A stretch of DNA of 64,000 bases from Candidatus Nanohaloarchaea archaeon (lineage in GTDB: Archaea > Nanohalarchaeota > Nanosalinia > Nanosalinales > Nanosalinaceae), in the NCBI GenBank assembly GCA_014297435.1, contig JACOQA010000001.1, positions 1 through 64,000 of the forward strand, given 5' to 3'. The translations under genes were made by a program, and so were the position numbers. Positions 34,989 through 44,565 of this stretch are shown here, piece by piece. Numbering within the stretch: the first letter of the stretch is position 1; each line of letters starts with the position of its first letter. Below the pieces are notes generated by a model. The model saw nothing but the letters and a program-made list of their open reading frames with translations. It did no database searches and was not told the origin of the DNA.

Positions 34989-36485
34989 TCAATCCTCGTT
35001 AGGAGACCATAGACGTGTTACATCTCCGTTTTTACGCCATTTCTCCATGTAGCTGGATACTGATTCGGGCATGCTCTCCTGCATAAGTCTTCCTTGTCTC
35101 ATAATCTTTGTAAGCCTCGATTCCAGAGTCTTCGAAAGCTCATCGTAGTAATTTCTGTCGGAGTAGATCAAATCGTTCTTAATCCTCCAGAATGCTGTTG
35201 TTCCCTGAGGTGCGAAGACGTAGTATCCCGAATCGTCAACTATTGCGTCCTGAAGTTTTTCTCTTTCAACATAGTATACTCCGCCATTCTTCACAGGGTC
35301 TACAACCAGGACTTCTCTGTTTTCAACTCCTACACATAGAACGAACTGCTTGCCATCTGATTCAGGGAAAATTTCACTTTTCTCTATCTCCGTTGAAGCA
35401 AGTCCGCCATCATTGAACCAGGTCTTAAGTTCGGCGGAAAGATCAGTTATCTTTTCTTTTTCTATAAATGCAGTTTTTACCTCAGACTCGGTGACCTGTC
35501 TTACCGTCTCATATATTTCTTCGGGACTTGATTCTTCCAGTTTCTCATCTATTTCTTCCTGAGTGGATCGGTAGCCAAAGATTTCTAGTGCCATAACTAT
35601 CGAGGCTGCTCCGCTTGTCTCAGGCTTTTCAGCCACGAAATATTCCTTTATATCTTCAAGTGTTTCAAGGTCGCTCTGGGTTCTCTTGAACGCCATCTTT
35701 GAATCCATCATTTTCTGGTTAGGAACAACTATTGTCCGTCCATCCATGGTGTTGAGGCTTGTACTGAAAAGTGATACTTTCTGAACTTCTGCGATTTCGT
35801 CTTCTATCTCGGCTTCTTCGCCAGGTCTGACGTTCCTTGTGTTTTTGAGGTAGATTCCTGCTGCGTAGTTTTCGAAAAGATCCTTAAAGCCGTAGAACAC
35901 TAGTCCTGCGACAAGGAATGCTACTGCCCAAGATGAGGCAGTGACAAGCTCGTCGACAAACGTACTGCCGATCCCAAATTCAGCAAGAGCTACCTGCATC
36001 AATAACAAGTATAGGAATCCTTTGAGTAGTCCTCCCAGAAGATCTATCGATCCTCCGGAAAGCCCTAGTTCATTCATGTAGCTTTCTGTTCCTAGATTCT
36101 TCAGTAGTTCTCTTCCCAGTCTCGTCGATAGATTGATCGCGATGAAGCCAAGTACGGCTACCATTATCGCAGATATTACTCTAGGTACGTAGCTGGCAAG
36201 GCTTGAAAGAACATTGGCGGATAAACCGGTATTTATGTAGAGTAATGCTAATAGAAGAACTCCTGCGTCTAAAATATAAGATAGGTATTCAAGGATCTCG
36301 TACCGGTTCTCAACCTCTCTTTTAGTGAGTTCCTGGCTTCTGTTAGCCCAGTATTTTTTACCTAGTATGTTTACCAGCTTTACGCCTAGATGTCCTAGTA
36401 CAAGAATTAGGAGCGCTACGCCGGTACGTACCAAAGGGTTTTGCCCCATTCCAAAGTCTAGGAGAGAAGCTAGTAACTGAGCCAT
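34989..36485 (-). CDS. MscS-family channel fused to a catalytically inactive C39-like (papain-fold) domain
   Basis: About 6 TM segments, then the MscS beta-domain 'KDLFENYAAGIYL..RPGE..IVVPNQ', then 'PETSGAASIVMALEIFGYRSTQEEI' and 'GKQFVLCVGV..VLVVDP' (C39 motifs with Cys replaced by Ser and the His lost). Confidence 0.78.
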   Translation of the reverse strand: MAQLLASLLDFGMGQNPLVRTGVALLILVLGHLGVKLVNILGKKYWANRSQELTKREVENRYEILEYLSYILDAGVLLLALLYINTGLSANVLSSLASYVPRVISAIMVAVLGFIAINLSTRLGRELLKNLGTESYMNELGLSGGSIDLLGGLLKGFLYLLLMQVALAEFGIGSTFVDELVTASSWAVAFLVAGLVFYGFKDLFENYAAGIYLKNTRNVRPGEEAEIEDEIAEVQKVSLFSTSLNTMDGRTIVVPNQKMMDSKMAFKRTQSDLETLEDIKEYFVAEKPETSGAASIVMALEIFGYRSTQEEIDEKLEESSPEEIYETVRQVTESEVKTAFIEKEKITDLSAELKTWFNDGGLASTEIEKSEIFPESDGKQFVLCVGVENREVLVVDPVKNGGVYYVEREKLQDAIVDDSGYYVFAPQGTTAFWRIKNDLIYSDRNYYDELSKTLESRLTKIMRQGRLMQESMPESVSSYMEKWRKNGDVTRLWSPNED

Positions 36486-36526
36486 ATAATTAGTTCATCC
36501 TCCTTCAGCCTATAAAAAACCGTGTG

Positions 36527-37717
36527 TCATTCTTTCGACACGATCTCTCCATGGCCGATTAGGCGCCATCTGGAGCCTATCTGGCGGGAGATAGCGACCC
36601 TGTCACCTTCTTCTGCGCATACAGGCACTTTGAGGTCTACTTTGATCCTGTCGCCGGCCTGAGTTACGTAACCTGCTGACTTGCTTGTGCCGACGTTGAG
36701 CATAAGAGGTTCTTTCTCCTTGATGTTCTCGATCTCCTGCTCGTTCTCAGAACCTACAAGACGGTCCATAAGCTCAACATCTACTGTTATATTGTACGTG
36801 ACTTCAGGAAGTTCTCCTTCACGTCCCATGATGTTGCCTGAAAGACCATCAGATTTTCCAAGTGAAGGATCTAGCTTTGTTTCTACTGCGAGAAGTCCTC
36901 CAGGTTTACCTTTCCCTACAGGATTGCCTCCATGGAAAATGTTGGAAACCTCGGTCTTTACAGGCTCCCATTCGTCTTCGGCGACTTTTACGCCAGGACG
37001 GATCTCGACTTTCTCGCCCTTCTCCAGCTCGCCTTTAGTCAGGGAGCCTCCGACAACGCCTCCTTTTATCTCGGAGATCTCGCTTCCTGGCTTGTTGATG
37101 TCGAAAGATCTTGCAAGAAGCATCTTCGGTGCTGCATCATTGTCTCTTTCCGGTGTAGGGATCTCTTCATCAACTGCTTCAAGCAGCGCATCGATGTTAA
37201 CCTGTTGCTGTGCAGAGACAGGTATAATAGGTGCTTCCTCTGCAACAGAACCTTCTAGGAAGTTCTTGATCTGTTCGTAGTTTTCTCGGGCTTCTTCTTT
37301 AGATACTTTGTCTATCTTGTTCTGTACTACTACAATGTTTTCTACTCCTGCGATATCCAGGGCTGCGAGGTGTTCTCTTGTCTGTGGCTGAGGGCAGTCC
37401 TCATCTGCGGCTACAAGAAGGATTGCGCCGTCCATAATCGCTGCTCCTGAAAGAACGTTTGCCATCAGGGTCTCGTGTCCTGGTGCATCGACAAGCGAAA
37501 CAGTTCTCTCAATTTTGCCGTCTCCATCTACGTTCAGCTCACCATCATCATTATAGTATGTGATGTCGGCGTAGCCGAGCTTGATGGTGATGCCTCTCTT
37601 CAATTCTTCTGAGTGTTCGTCAGTCCATTTGCCTGAGAGGGCGTTTGTTAGGGTTGTCTTTCCGTGGTCTACGTGACCTACGAGCCCGATGTTTACCTCG
37701 GGTATTTTATCTGTCAT
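36527..37717 (-). CDS. eif2g: Translation initiation factor 2 gamma subunit
   Basis: 'GHVDHGKTT', 'RGITIKLGY', 'DAPGHE', 'NKID', 'RWRLIG'. Confidence 0.97.
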   Translation of the reverse strand: MTDKIPEVNIGLVGHVDHGKTTLTNALSGKWTDEHSEELKRGITIKLGYADITYYNDDGELNVDGDGKIERTVSLVDAPGHETLMANVLSGAAIMDGAILLVAADEDCPQPQTREHLAALDIAGVENIVVVQNKIDKVSKEEARENYEQIKNFLEGSVAEEAPIIPVSAQQQVNIDALLEAVDEEIPTPERDNDAAPKMLLARSFDINKPGSEISEIKGGVVGGSLTKGELEKGEKVEIRPGVKVAEDEWEPVKTEVSNIFHGGNPVGKGKPGGLLAVETKLDPSLGKSDGLSGNIMGREGELPEVTYNITVDVELMDRLVGSENEQEIENIKEKEPLMLNVGTSKSAGYVTQAGDRIKVDLKVPVCAEEGDRVAISRQIGSRWRLIGHGEIVSKE

Positions 37718-37977
37718 AATATAATTTCATCCTCCGGAACCTTGATAGTTCTTTCTTCGTTCGAAAGTTGGTATTTTTTGGCGAAGGAGAATGAAAATCT
37801 CTCCTCCACTGTGTACTGATTGTCTCGATAACTTACTTCTTCTCCTTCTTGAAACCTAAAACCTCTTAGAGACTCGGTATAAGATTCGACTTCCTGTTTG
37901 TAAGGAAGTGAATCTGCCTTTTTCTCCAGCTTGTTTACTTTTCTATGGAGTTTCCGAGTCCAGGGTTCGTGAGTCAT
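37714..37977 (-). CDS. Small hypothetical protein translationally coupled between rps6e and eif2g
   Basis: 87-aa ORF with ATGA overlaps at both ends. Confidence 0.7.
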   Translation of the reverse strand: MTHEPWTRKLHRKVNKLEKKADSLPYKQEVESYTESLRGFRFQEGEEVSYRDNQYTVEERFSFSFAKKYQLSNEERTIKVPEDEIIL

Positions 37978-38345
37978 TCCTCGTCTTCTGAGAGAAGTTC
38001 TTCGATCGATTCAGATCCTTCATCGACAACTGTCGTGTTAAGCTGCTCGATCGCATCCGATACAGTATTTCCTCTTACTGACTTTCTCTTTCTTTCTCCT
38101 TTCTCTTCTGCGTCGATCCCTGCACCTGAGTCGAGAAGGATTCTACGTCTTCCTGTGCCTTCGATCGATTTTCTCATAGGGAAGCCTTGCTTGTCGCTTC
38201 CGCCGGTAATTTCAAGTTCGTATCCTTCGAGACCGATGATTCCGCCGTCAAAGGTTTCGCCAATCTGTTTTCCTGCGAGTTTGGAAGATTCTTCGGTTTC
38301 GACTTGATGTGTATTTCCGTCGTTGTCTCCGACTGTAACTTTCAT
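37974..38345 (-). CDS. rps6e: 30S ribosomal protein S6e
   Basis: 'GYELEITGGSDKQGFPMR', 'GERKRKSVRGN', 'QLN'. Confidence 0.97.
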   Translation of the reverse strand: MKVTVGDNDGNTHQVETEESSKLAGKQIGETFDGGIIGLEGYELEITGGSDKQGFPMRKSIEGTGRRRILLDSGAGIDAEEKGERKRKSVRGNTVSDAIEQLNTTVVDEGSESIEELLSEDEE

Positions 38346-38450
38346 TATTTGTTCACCTTTGCTCAGTTCGGTTAGTTCCGAGCATCAATAACCGGTCTTC
38401 TAAGCTTTAAATATGAACACTTTTTATTCAGGCCATCGGAAATACGGTTT

Positions 38451-39878
38451 ATGAGGAGTTCAGTTATAGATGATATTGTCGGAAGCTTCCTGAAGATATA
38501 CTCTTTAGTGCTCCTCGTACCGTTTTTTGTCGGAATCTACTTCATGGACTCTATTTTGACAGTTACAGGATTTGGTCTTGCATCTCTGGTTTCTTTCACA
38601 CTAGGTTATGGGCTTTCCGGTTCTACCAAGAAACCTACTGTTTCCGAAGCCATGTTCGCTACAGTACTTGGATGGATACTGGCTATCATACTGGGGGCGA
38701 TACCTTTCATGAGCCACGTTCCTATGATCGATGCTATATTCGAGTCAAGTGCAGGTCTTACAACCACAGGAATCTCTATGGTTCTTGAGCCTTCCAGCCT
38801 GCCTCAATCACTGCTGTTCTGGAGAGGTTTCTCCCAGTGGATCGGAGGTCTAGGAATACTAACATTCTTTATAGCGGTTGTAAGAGAGTCTGGAGGCGTC
38901 ACGAGAAGGCTTTACTCCGCAGAGTCGCATAAGACAGATTCTGGCTCTATAAGACCTTCGCTTAAGAAATCAATAGTTGATCTATGGAAGGTTTACGGTT
39001 TCATAACTGTTCTTTTCGGAGCTATCTATCTGGGTCTCGATATGTCGATATTTGACTCTTTAATGCACGTCTTCTCAGGTATCTCAACAGGAGGTTTTTC
39101 AACACAGGCTTCAAGCATAGGAGGATTCTCTTTAGGCGTCCAGATAGCGACGATTCCGCTAATGTTGCTTGGAGGGATCAACTTCGTCCTGCTATACAAA
39201 CTTCTGAAGATGGATGTCCGCCCTCTTATCGGTAGTTCGGAGTTCAAGATGTACGTTATGATCTTTCTCGGAGTCGCTCTGATGACTTCTACAGAACTAT
39301 TCGTTACCGGAGGGAACTTAGTTGTTTCGATCTTTGAGGGAAGCTTCAAATCAGCCGCAGTGATTTCATCGACAGGGTACTCTACCTTTTCTATCACATC
39401 GCTTTCCGTAGCTTTACAGGTTGTTTTCCTCGCAGTTATGTTTGTCGGAGGATCTTTAGGTTCAACATCAGGAGGATGGAAAGTCTTCAGACTAAAGACG
39501 ATGTACGAAGCTTTGAAGGTCAGGTTAAGAGGTTACAAGCTTCCAGAATCTGCTATAAACAAGGTCAAGATAGATGGAGAGATTGTAAATAATTCAACGG
39601 TTAGAACGATCTCGGTTCTATTCTTTACGTGGATTTCGATGATATTTGTCTCAAGCGTTCTGGTTTTGGTTGCGGATGGAACAAGCTTCATGGCTGCGCT
39701 TTCAGGCTCTATTTCAGCTGCTGGAAACATGGGTCCGGTGTACATGTCGGGGAACGAGATGCTTGCTCTTTCCGGTTTCACAAAGATTCTCTGGAGCTTC
39801 CTGATGCTTGCCGGTCGTTTGGAGATGCTTCCTCTGCTGGCAATATTTAATAGGGAGCTTTTCGAAGGTTCTAAATAA
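38451..39878 (+). CDS. trkH: Trk potassium uptake membrane protein TrkH
   Basis: P-loop repeats 'FESSAGLTTTG', 'QWIGGLG', 'ISTGGFS', 'GSTSGG.K', 'MLAGRLE'. Confidence 0.93.
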   Translation: MRSSVIDDIVGSFLKIYSLVLLVPFFVGIYFMDSILTVTGFGLASLVSFTLGYGLSGSTKKPTVSEAMFATVLGWILAIILGAIPFMSHVPMIDAIFESSAGLTTTGISMVLEPSSLPQSLLFWRGFSQWIGGLGILTFFIAVVRESGGVTRRLYSAESHKTDSGSIRPSLKKSIVDLWKVYGFITVLFGAIYLGLDMSIFDSLMHVFSGISTGGFSTQASSIGGFSLGVQIATIPLMLLGGINFVLLYKLLKMDVRPLIGSSEFKMYVMIFLGVALMTSTELFVTGGNLVVSIFEGSFKSAAVISSTGYSTFSITSLSVALQVVFLAVMFVGGSLGSTSGGWKVFRLKTMYEALKVRLRGYKLPESAINKVKIDGEIVNNSTVRTISVLFFTWISMIFVSSVLVLVADGTSFMAALSGSISAAGNMGPVYMSGNEMLALSGFTKILWSFLMLAGRLEMLPLLAIFNRELFEGSK

Positions 39879-39879
39879 T

Positions 39880-40539
39880 ATGTATGTAGTAATCGCAGGA
39901 ATCACGACGCTGGGAAGAAAGCTGGTTGAAGAGCTTGAAGACAATCATGACATAGTCGTGATCGATGAAGACCAGGACAGATGTGAAAGACTTTACTCTT
40001 CATCTGGTGCGACAGTGATCAACAAATCTCCATCGAATATTACAGCTCTGGAGGATGCGGGAGTTACGAAAGCAGATGTACTAATATCTGCTCTGGATGA
40101 TGATAACAGCAACATGGTTGTATGCTCGCTTGCGAAGAAATATGGTGTACCTAAAGTTGTTTCAAGAGTGGAAAATGATGAGTATCTTGAGGCATTCGAG
40201 ATAGTGGGAGCTGAACCTATCGCCCACACAGATATCTTACTATCCGAGTTCTTGTCTTACGTAGAACATCCGTATTTGTTGAAGCTTGCGAACCTTTCGA
40301 ATAATCGTGAGATCTTGAAAGCTTCGATCAAAGAAGGTTCGGGTCTCGAAGGAAGGACTCCTAAAGAAATGCAGCAGGACGATAAGTTTCCTGACCGTTT
40401 TAAAGTAGTTTCAGTTCTACAGGACGATAAAACTATCTCCGACGACCTGAATATCCAGTTGAATCAGGAGGACAAGATGATTATGATAGGTCCTTCGGAT
40501 ATGACGGACAAACTTGATCGGTATTTCCAGAAACAGTGA
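39880..40539 (+). CDS. trkA: Trk potassium uptake regulatory subunit TrkA
   Basis: RCK domain 'LEDAGVTKADVLI', 'AKKYGVPKVVSRV'; ATG at 39880 right after trkH. Confidence 0.88.
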   Translation: MYVVIAGITTLGRKLVEELEDNHDIVVIDEDQDRCERLYSSSGATVINKSPSNITALEDAGVTKADVLISALDDDNSNMVVCSLAKKYGVPKVVSRVENDEYLEAFEIVGAEPIAHTDILLSEFLSYVEHPYLLKLANLSNNREILKASIKEGSGLEGRTPKEMQQDDKFPDRFKVVSVLQDDKTISDDLNIQLNQEDKMIMIGPSDMTDKLDRYFQKQ

Positions 40540-40573
40540 AAGAATTCTTAATCTTTCTCTCTAACTATCTTCC

Positions 40574-42001
40574 GTGACAGCTGTAGTCTGGATTCGACGA
40601 AGTTTGAGAGAGTATGATAACACTGCTTTAGTTGAAGCTTCGAAAGAACATGAAGAGTTAATACCGTTCTACGTTGTGGACGACGATTACTTCTCAAACG
40701 CCGAGCTAGGCTATCCCCGTGTTAAGTTCTGGCATGATTCCTTAGTCGAACTCAAAGAAGGTATGAAAGAGGAAGGAAAGGATCTGATAGTTAGGAAGGG
40801 AAGACCGATCGAGCAGCTGAAAAACATAGTTGAGGAGACGGATCCTGATGAGGTTTACTATAACCGGGATTATTCGCCGTACTCGAAAAAAAGAGATAGC
40901 AGGGCTGAGGAAGAGCTTGAAGTACCCGTTAATTCGTTTAAAGACATCGTGATGTTTGAGAAGGAGGAAATTCTTACTAATTCAGGAACGCCTTACAAGG
41001 TTTACAGTTATTACGCGAAGAAATGGTTTGATAAAAAGAAGCGTAGACCGGGAAAACCTGAAGATTATACTGTTCCAGAGCTTGGGTCGGATGAAATTCC
41101 TTCCGTGAATGATTTAGGCTACGAAAAACCTGAAGAAATGAATTGGTACTGGAATCCGGGTAGAGAAGGCGGCAAAAAGAGGTTAGAGGAGTTCAAGGAT
41201 AAGATCTGGAACTATGATGAGAACCGGGATTATGCCTGGAAAGACTCGACTTCAAAACTTTCTCCGCACCTGAAGTTTGGAACTGTCTCGATCAGAGAGG
41301 TTTTCTGGGAGGCTGAACGTATCAAAGCCCGGAAACCCGATATGGATGCTGAAGGAATAAAGACATGGCAGGAGGAACTGGCTTGGCGCGACTTCTACTT
41401 CCAAGTCATGTGGAACTTTCCGTACTGTGTCGAAAAACCTTTCCTCGAACAGTACGAAGATCTGGAATGGAGATCTAAAGAAGAGGCAAGCGAGGAATGG
41501 GAGCGTTTTATCGAAGGCAGAACTGGTTATCCGTTTGTAGATGCTGGTATGCGCCAACTGAAAGAGGAGGGTTGGATGCATAACAGATTGAGAATGGTTG
41601 TAACCAGTTTTGCCTGTAAGGACCTTTGGCTTGACTGGAAAGACATTCATTCTTACTTTAAGAGGATGTTCGTTGACGCTGAACTCTCAGCCATGATAGG
41701 TGGGATACAATGGGCATACTCAATAGGTACTGACGCTCAACCATACTTCCGAGTTTTCAACCCACGTAGTCAGAGCGAAAGCTATGATCCGGATGGAGAA
41801 TACATCCGGGAATACGTTCCGGAGTTAGAGGATGTTCCTGATAAGTACATCCATAACCCGCAGAAGATGCCTAAGACCGCACAGCATGATGCGGACTGTA
41901 TTGTTGGAGAGGATTACCCTGAACCCATCGTAGATCATGATGATTGTAGGAAGGAGGCTGTATCGAGGTTCGAAAAGGTAAGAGAAGATGAAGATGATTA
42001 A
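40574..42001 (+). CDS. phr: DNA photolyase / cryptochrome family protein
   Basis: 'WIRRSLREYDNTAL', 'TSKLSPHLKFG', 'ELAWRDFY', 'GRTGYPFVDAGMRQL..GWMHNRLRM', 'QPYFRVFNP'. Confidence 0.95.
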   Translation: MTAVVWIRRSLREYDNTALVEASKEHEELIPFYVVDDDYFSNAELGYPRVKFWHDSLVELKEGMKEEGKDLIVRKGRPIEQLKNIVEETDPDEVYYNRDYSPYSKKRDSRAEEELEVPVNSFKDIVMFEKEEILTNSGTPYKVYSYYAKKWFDKKKRRPGKPEDYTVPELGSDEIPSVNDLGYEKPEEMNWYWNPGREGGKKRLEEFKDKIWNYDENRDYAWKDSTSKLSPHLKFGTVSIREVFWEAERIKARKPDMDAEGIKTWQEELAWRDFYFQVMWNFPYCVEKPFLEQYEDLEWRSKEEASEEWERFIEGRTGYPFVDAGMRQLKEEGWMHNRLRMVVTSFACKDLWLDWKDIHSYFKRMFVDAELSAMIGGIQWAYSIGTDAQPYFRVFNPRSQSESYDPDGEYIREYVPELEDVPDKYIHNPQKMPKTAQHDADCIVGEDYPEPIVDHDDCRKEAVSRFEKVREDEDD

Positions 42002-42356
42002 GGCAGCTAAATCAAGATTTTCTAAGCTTTCAGCAAGTTTGGTCCTGGTTTTTCTAGGCTTTGCAATATCATTTGTTTTAGAGGGTTACATGACCCTGCT
42101 TCCTGGATTTTTAATGAGCGTTCCGGCTATTCTGCTTGTATCAAGTTCGAGAACTGATAGTGTGAAAAGCGCGGTCGCCGGATTTCTCTTCGGATCATGG
42201 TTCATGCTGGTCCTTGTGAGGGTCACTGCGCCCGTTCTCGTGGCTTTATTCATCTGCTTTTTCTACTTCATGTTCCGAGCCGATCAGATGATTCTACTTG
42301 AACTCTATGAGACAGGGAACGTAGGTCTAAAATCCGAGGAAAACCGGGAGAAATAA
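41988..42356 (+). CDS. Small integral membrane protein
   Basis: About 4 hydrophobic segments; overlaps the photolyase stop. Confidence 0.6.
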   Translation: MKMIKAAKSRFSKLSASLVLVFLGFAISFVLEGYMTLLPGFLMSVPAILLVSSSRTDSVKSAVAGFLFGSWFMLVLVRVTAPVLVALFICFFYFMFRADQMILLELYETGNVGLKSEENREK

Positions 42357-42414
42357 CTGGAAGCCGAAAAATTTACTTAAACATTCATCTCTAACCCATG
42401 TTTAGTGATACACT

Positions 42415-44565
42415 ATCAGTCGCGGCAAGCTTAAAGCCGGAGCACTCGCAATCTTTGCAACCCTTTTTATAGTACATGCAGCCGCAGTGGAATGGAACGA
42501 CCCTTCCTCAGACGGAGACTTTGACTCGGATGTCTTTCTATCTGTAGATCCCTCGTCCGACAGCAACGTCCATAATGTCACGCTGTACGTGCAAGGTCCG
42601 GATCAGGATTCCTTCGCCTATACTGATGAAATGACGCAAGGTGATGGAACAAATAATTACACTACGACACTAGGAAAAGATCAGCTCTCGGGCACGCATG
42701 GAGATTATGATGTGAAAGCTGCTGTATACAACGCATCCGATGAAACAGCTCCCGAAACGGAAACAGATACTCTTACACTAACTCTAGATGGAAAATCTCC
42801 GTCCATTAATATAGAGGGGGGCGACTATGTCGCAGACGATCCTACTATCTCTATTGAGCTAAGTGATGAGCATACCGGTGTAGACAGTTTCTCAGTCGAT
42901 GCTACTGATGATGCTTCAATCGAGGATAACGGAGACTTTGATTCCTGCGACGCGGATGAAACATGTACGGTTGAGGTTCAGGTCGATACTTCGGATCTGG
43001 ACTCCGGCGACTCTTTCGATCTTGATGCCGATGCTACTGATGATGTAGGAAACCAAGGTTCGAGCTCGAAGACCTTTGACTTCGACACAGAATATAATGG
43101 AGATACTTCACCGTCCTTCGATCCGGAAGAAGGAAATATTCTACTTACAGATGACGATGAGGAGACCTTGGAGATAACGCTTGACGGTCAGGGAGACGAC
43201 GCAGAAGAGTCTGATATAACCGTCACCTGTTACGATGGTAGTGACGATGAATTTGATTCGGAAACACAAGATGTTGACGAAGAAGATTCGACCACTTTCG
43301 ACTGTGATGTTGAAGGCGATGAGTACGCTGGATCAACTGAAGATATTTACGTCGAAATGTGCGACGAAGCAGATAACTGTGAGGAGTCGGAAACAAGAAC
43401 TTACAACTTTGATGCAAACCCTCCAGTTTTAACAGATGTCGAAGCAGCATCAGAGGTCAACTCTTTCAACTCAGACTTCGATGTCAACTTTGAAGTTGCG
43501 GATGATGCATCCGGAGTCGAAAGTCTTGAATACTACTTCGATAGCTCGACAGATGAAGGAGACGGAACTTCGATCGATTACTCTGATGATTCATCAAGTT
43601 TCGAAGTTGACACATCCGGACTTTCGGAAGGAGATCATACTCTATACCTGAGAGCTAAAGATAATGCTGAAAGATGGAGTGAGCCAGAAACAATAGACTT
43701 CAACTTTTATCCTAACGCCGACCCCAAAGTCAGTCTAAGCTCCGATTCAAGTATAGAAGTTGCTGCAGGAAGCTCTAAAACCCTAATAGCGACACTAGAG
43801 AACACGGGTAAGTTCTACATAGGTTCTCTAGATTTCTCAGCTTCCTCGCCAGTTTTCAGTGATTCACAGACTATTTCAGACTTTGGTAAAGGCGACACAG
43901 CTAATTTGGAACTTGAAATAAATCCAGCTGAACAGGATATCGGAAGCTATGATCTCCAGCTTTCGACCTCAAATCCTTCCAGCTCTAAAACAGTAAATCT
44001 GAGAGTAAAGGCTAGCGAGGATCAGAGATCCAGTATTGAATCTGAGTTCCAGAGCCAGCTTTCAAAGTATGAGAGGCTTAAATCCAACATAACAAGCTTA
44101 AGAACAAAGGTAGGACAGCAGAAGACCCAAAACCTGAACGCCAACTTCTCAGCTCTAAACGAATCAATTAACAACGCACAAACCGCGATGGATAACGGAG
44201 AGTACTACAAGGTGGAGTCCGAGCTTTCAAGTTTGAATGATGAGTACTCGAAAGCATCCCAAACATATCAAACCGTAAAGGAACACTACGATAGTTCTCG
44301 CACAGCCATGATGTTCATAGCGCTCTTCGGAATTGTAGTTATCGGAGGTCTAGGTGCAGGAGCGTTCCTTATCTACTCTGATGATTTCGATGTTGGAATC
44401 GAACCTGAAGATCTTAAGCAAATCGGTTCGGACGTGGACATGGACTCGGTAGATGAAGTGAAGCAGAAAGTCGAGTCGAAAGTAGAAGACTTGACCGATT
44501 CGAATGGTTCAGGAGCCAAATCGGAGGAAGGGGAGTTCGAATGGGATGGGTTTAAAGATGCTTAA
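42415..44565 (+). CDS. Very acidic multi-Ig-fold surface protein with coiled coil and C-terminal TM anchor; probable ATC start
   Basis: Ig-like motifs 'ATDDVGN', 'GLSEGDHTLYLRAKD', 'LENTG'; TM near the C-terminus. The frame extends upstream of GTG 42487 through a full signal peptide (SRGKLKAGALAIFATLFIVHAAA) to ATC 42415, with an in-frame TGA at 42406. Confidence 0.8.
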   Translation: MSRGKLKAGALAIFATLFIVHAAAVEWNDPSSDGDFDSDVFLSVDPSSDSNVHNVTLYVQGPDQDSFAYTDEMTQGDGTNNYTTTLGKDQLSGTHGDYDVKAAVYNASDETAPETETDTLTLTLDGKSPSINIEGGDYVADDPTISIELSDEHTGVDSFSVDATDDASIEDNGDFDSCDADETCTVEVQVDTSDLDSGDSFDLDADATDDVGNQGSSSKTFDFDTEYNGDTSPSFDPEEGNILLTDDDEETLEITLDGQGDDAEESDITVTCYDGSDDEFDSETQDVDEEDSTTFDCDVEGDEYAGSTEDIYVEMCDEADNCEESETRTYNFDANPPVLTDVEAASEVNSFNSDFDVNFEVADDASGVESLEYYFDSSTDEGDGTSIDYSDDSSSFEVDTSGLSEGDHTLYLRAKDNAERWSEPETIDFNFYPNADPKVSLSSDSSIEVAAGSSKTLIATLENTGKFYIGSLDFSASSPVFSDSQTISDFGKGDTANLELEINPAEQDIGSYDLQLSTSNPSSSKTVNLRVKASEDQRSSIESEFQSQLSKYERLKSNITSLRTKVGQQKTQNLNANFSALNESINNAQTAMDNGEYYKVESELSSLNDEYSKASQTYQTVKEHYDSSRTAMMFIALFGIVVIGGLGAGAFLIYSDDFDVGIEPEDLKQIGSDVDMDSVDEVKQKVESKVEDLTDSNGSGAKSEEGEFEWDGFKDA

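Noticed and set aside
34989-34991. TGA as a selenocysteine codon joining the channel and the RimK-like gene
   Set aside because: There is no Cys-equivalent context or recognisable SECIS, and the downstream frame has its own SD-like signal and a paralog-like N-terminus.
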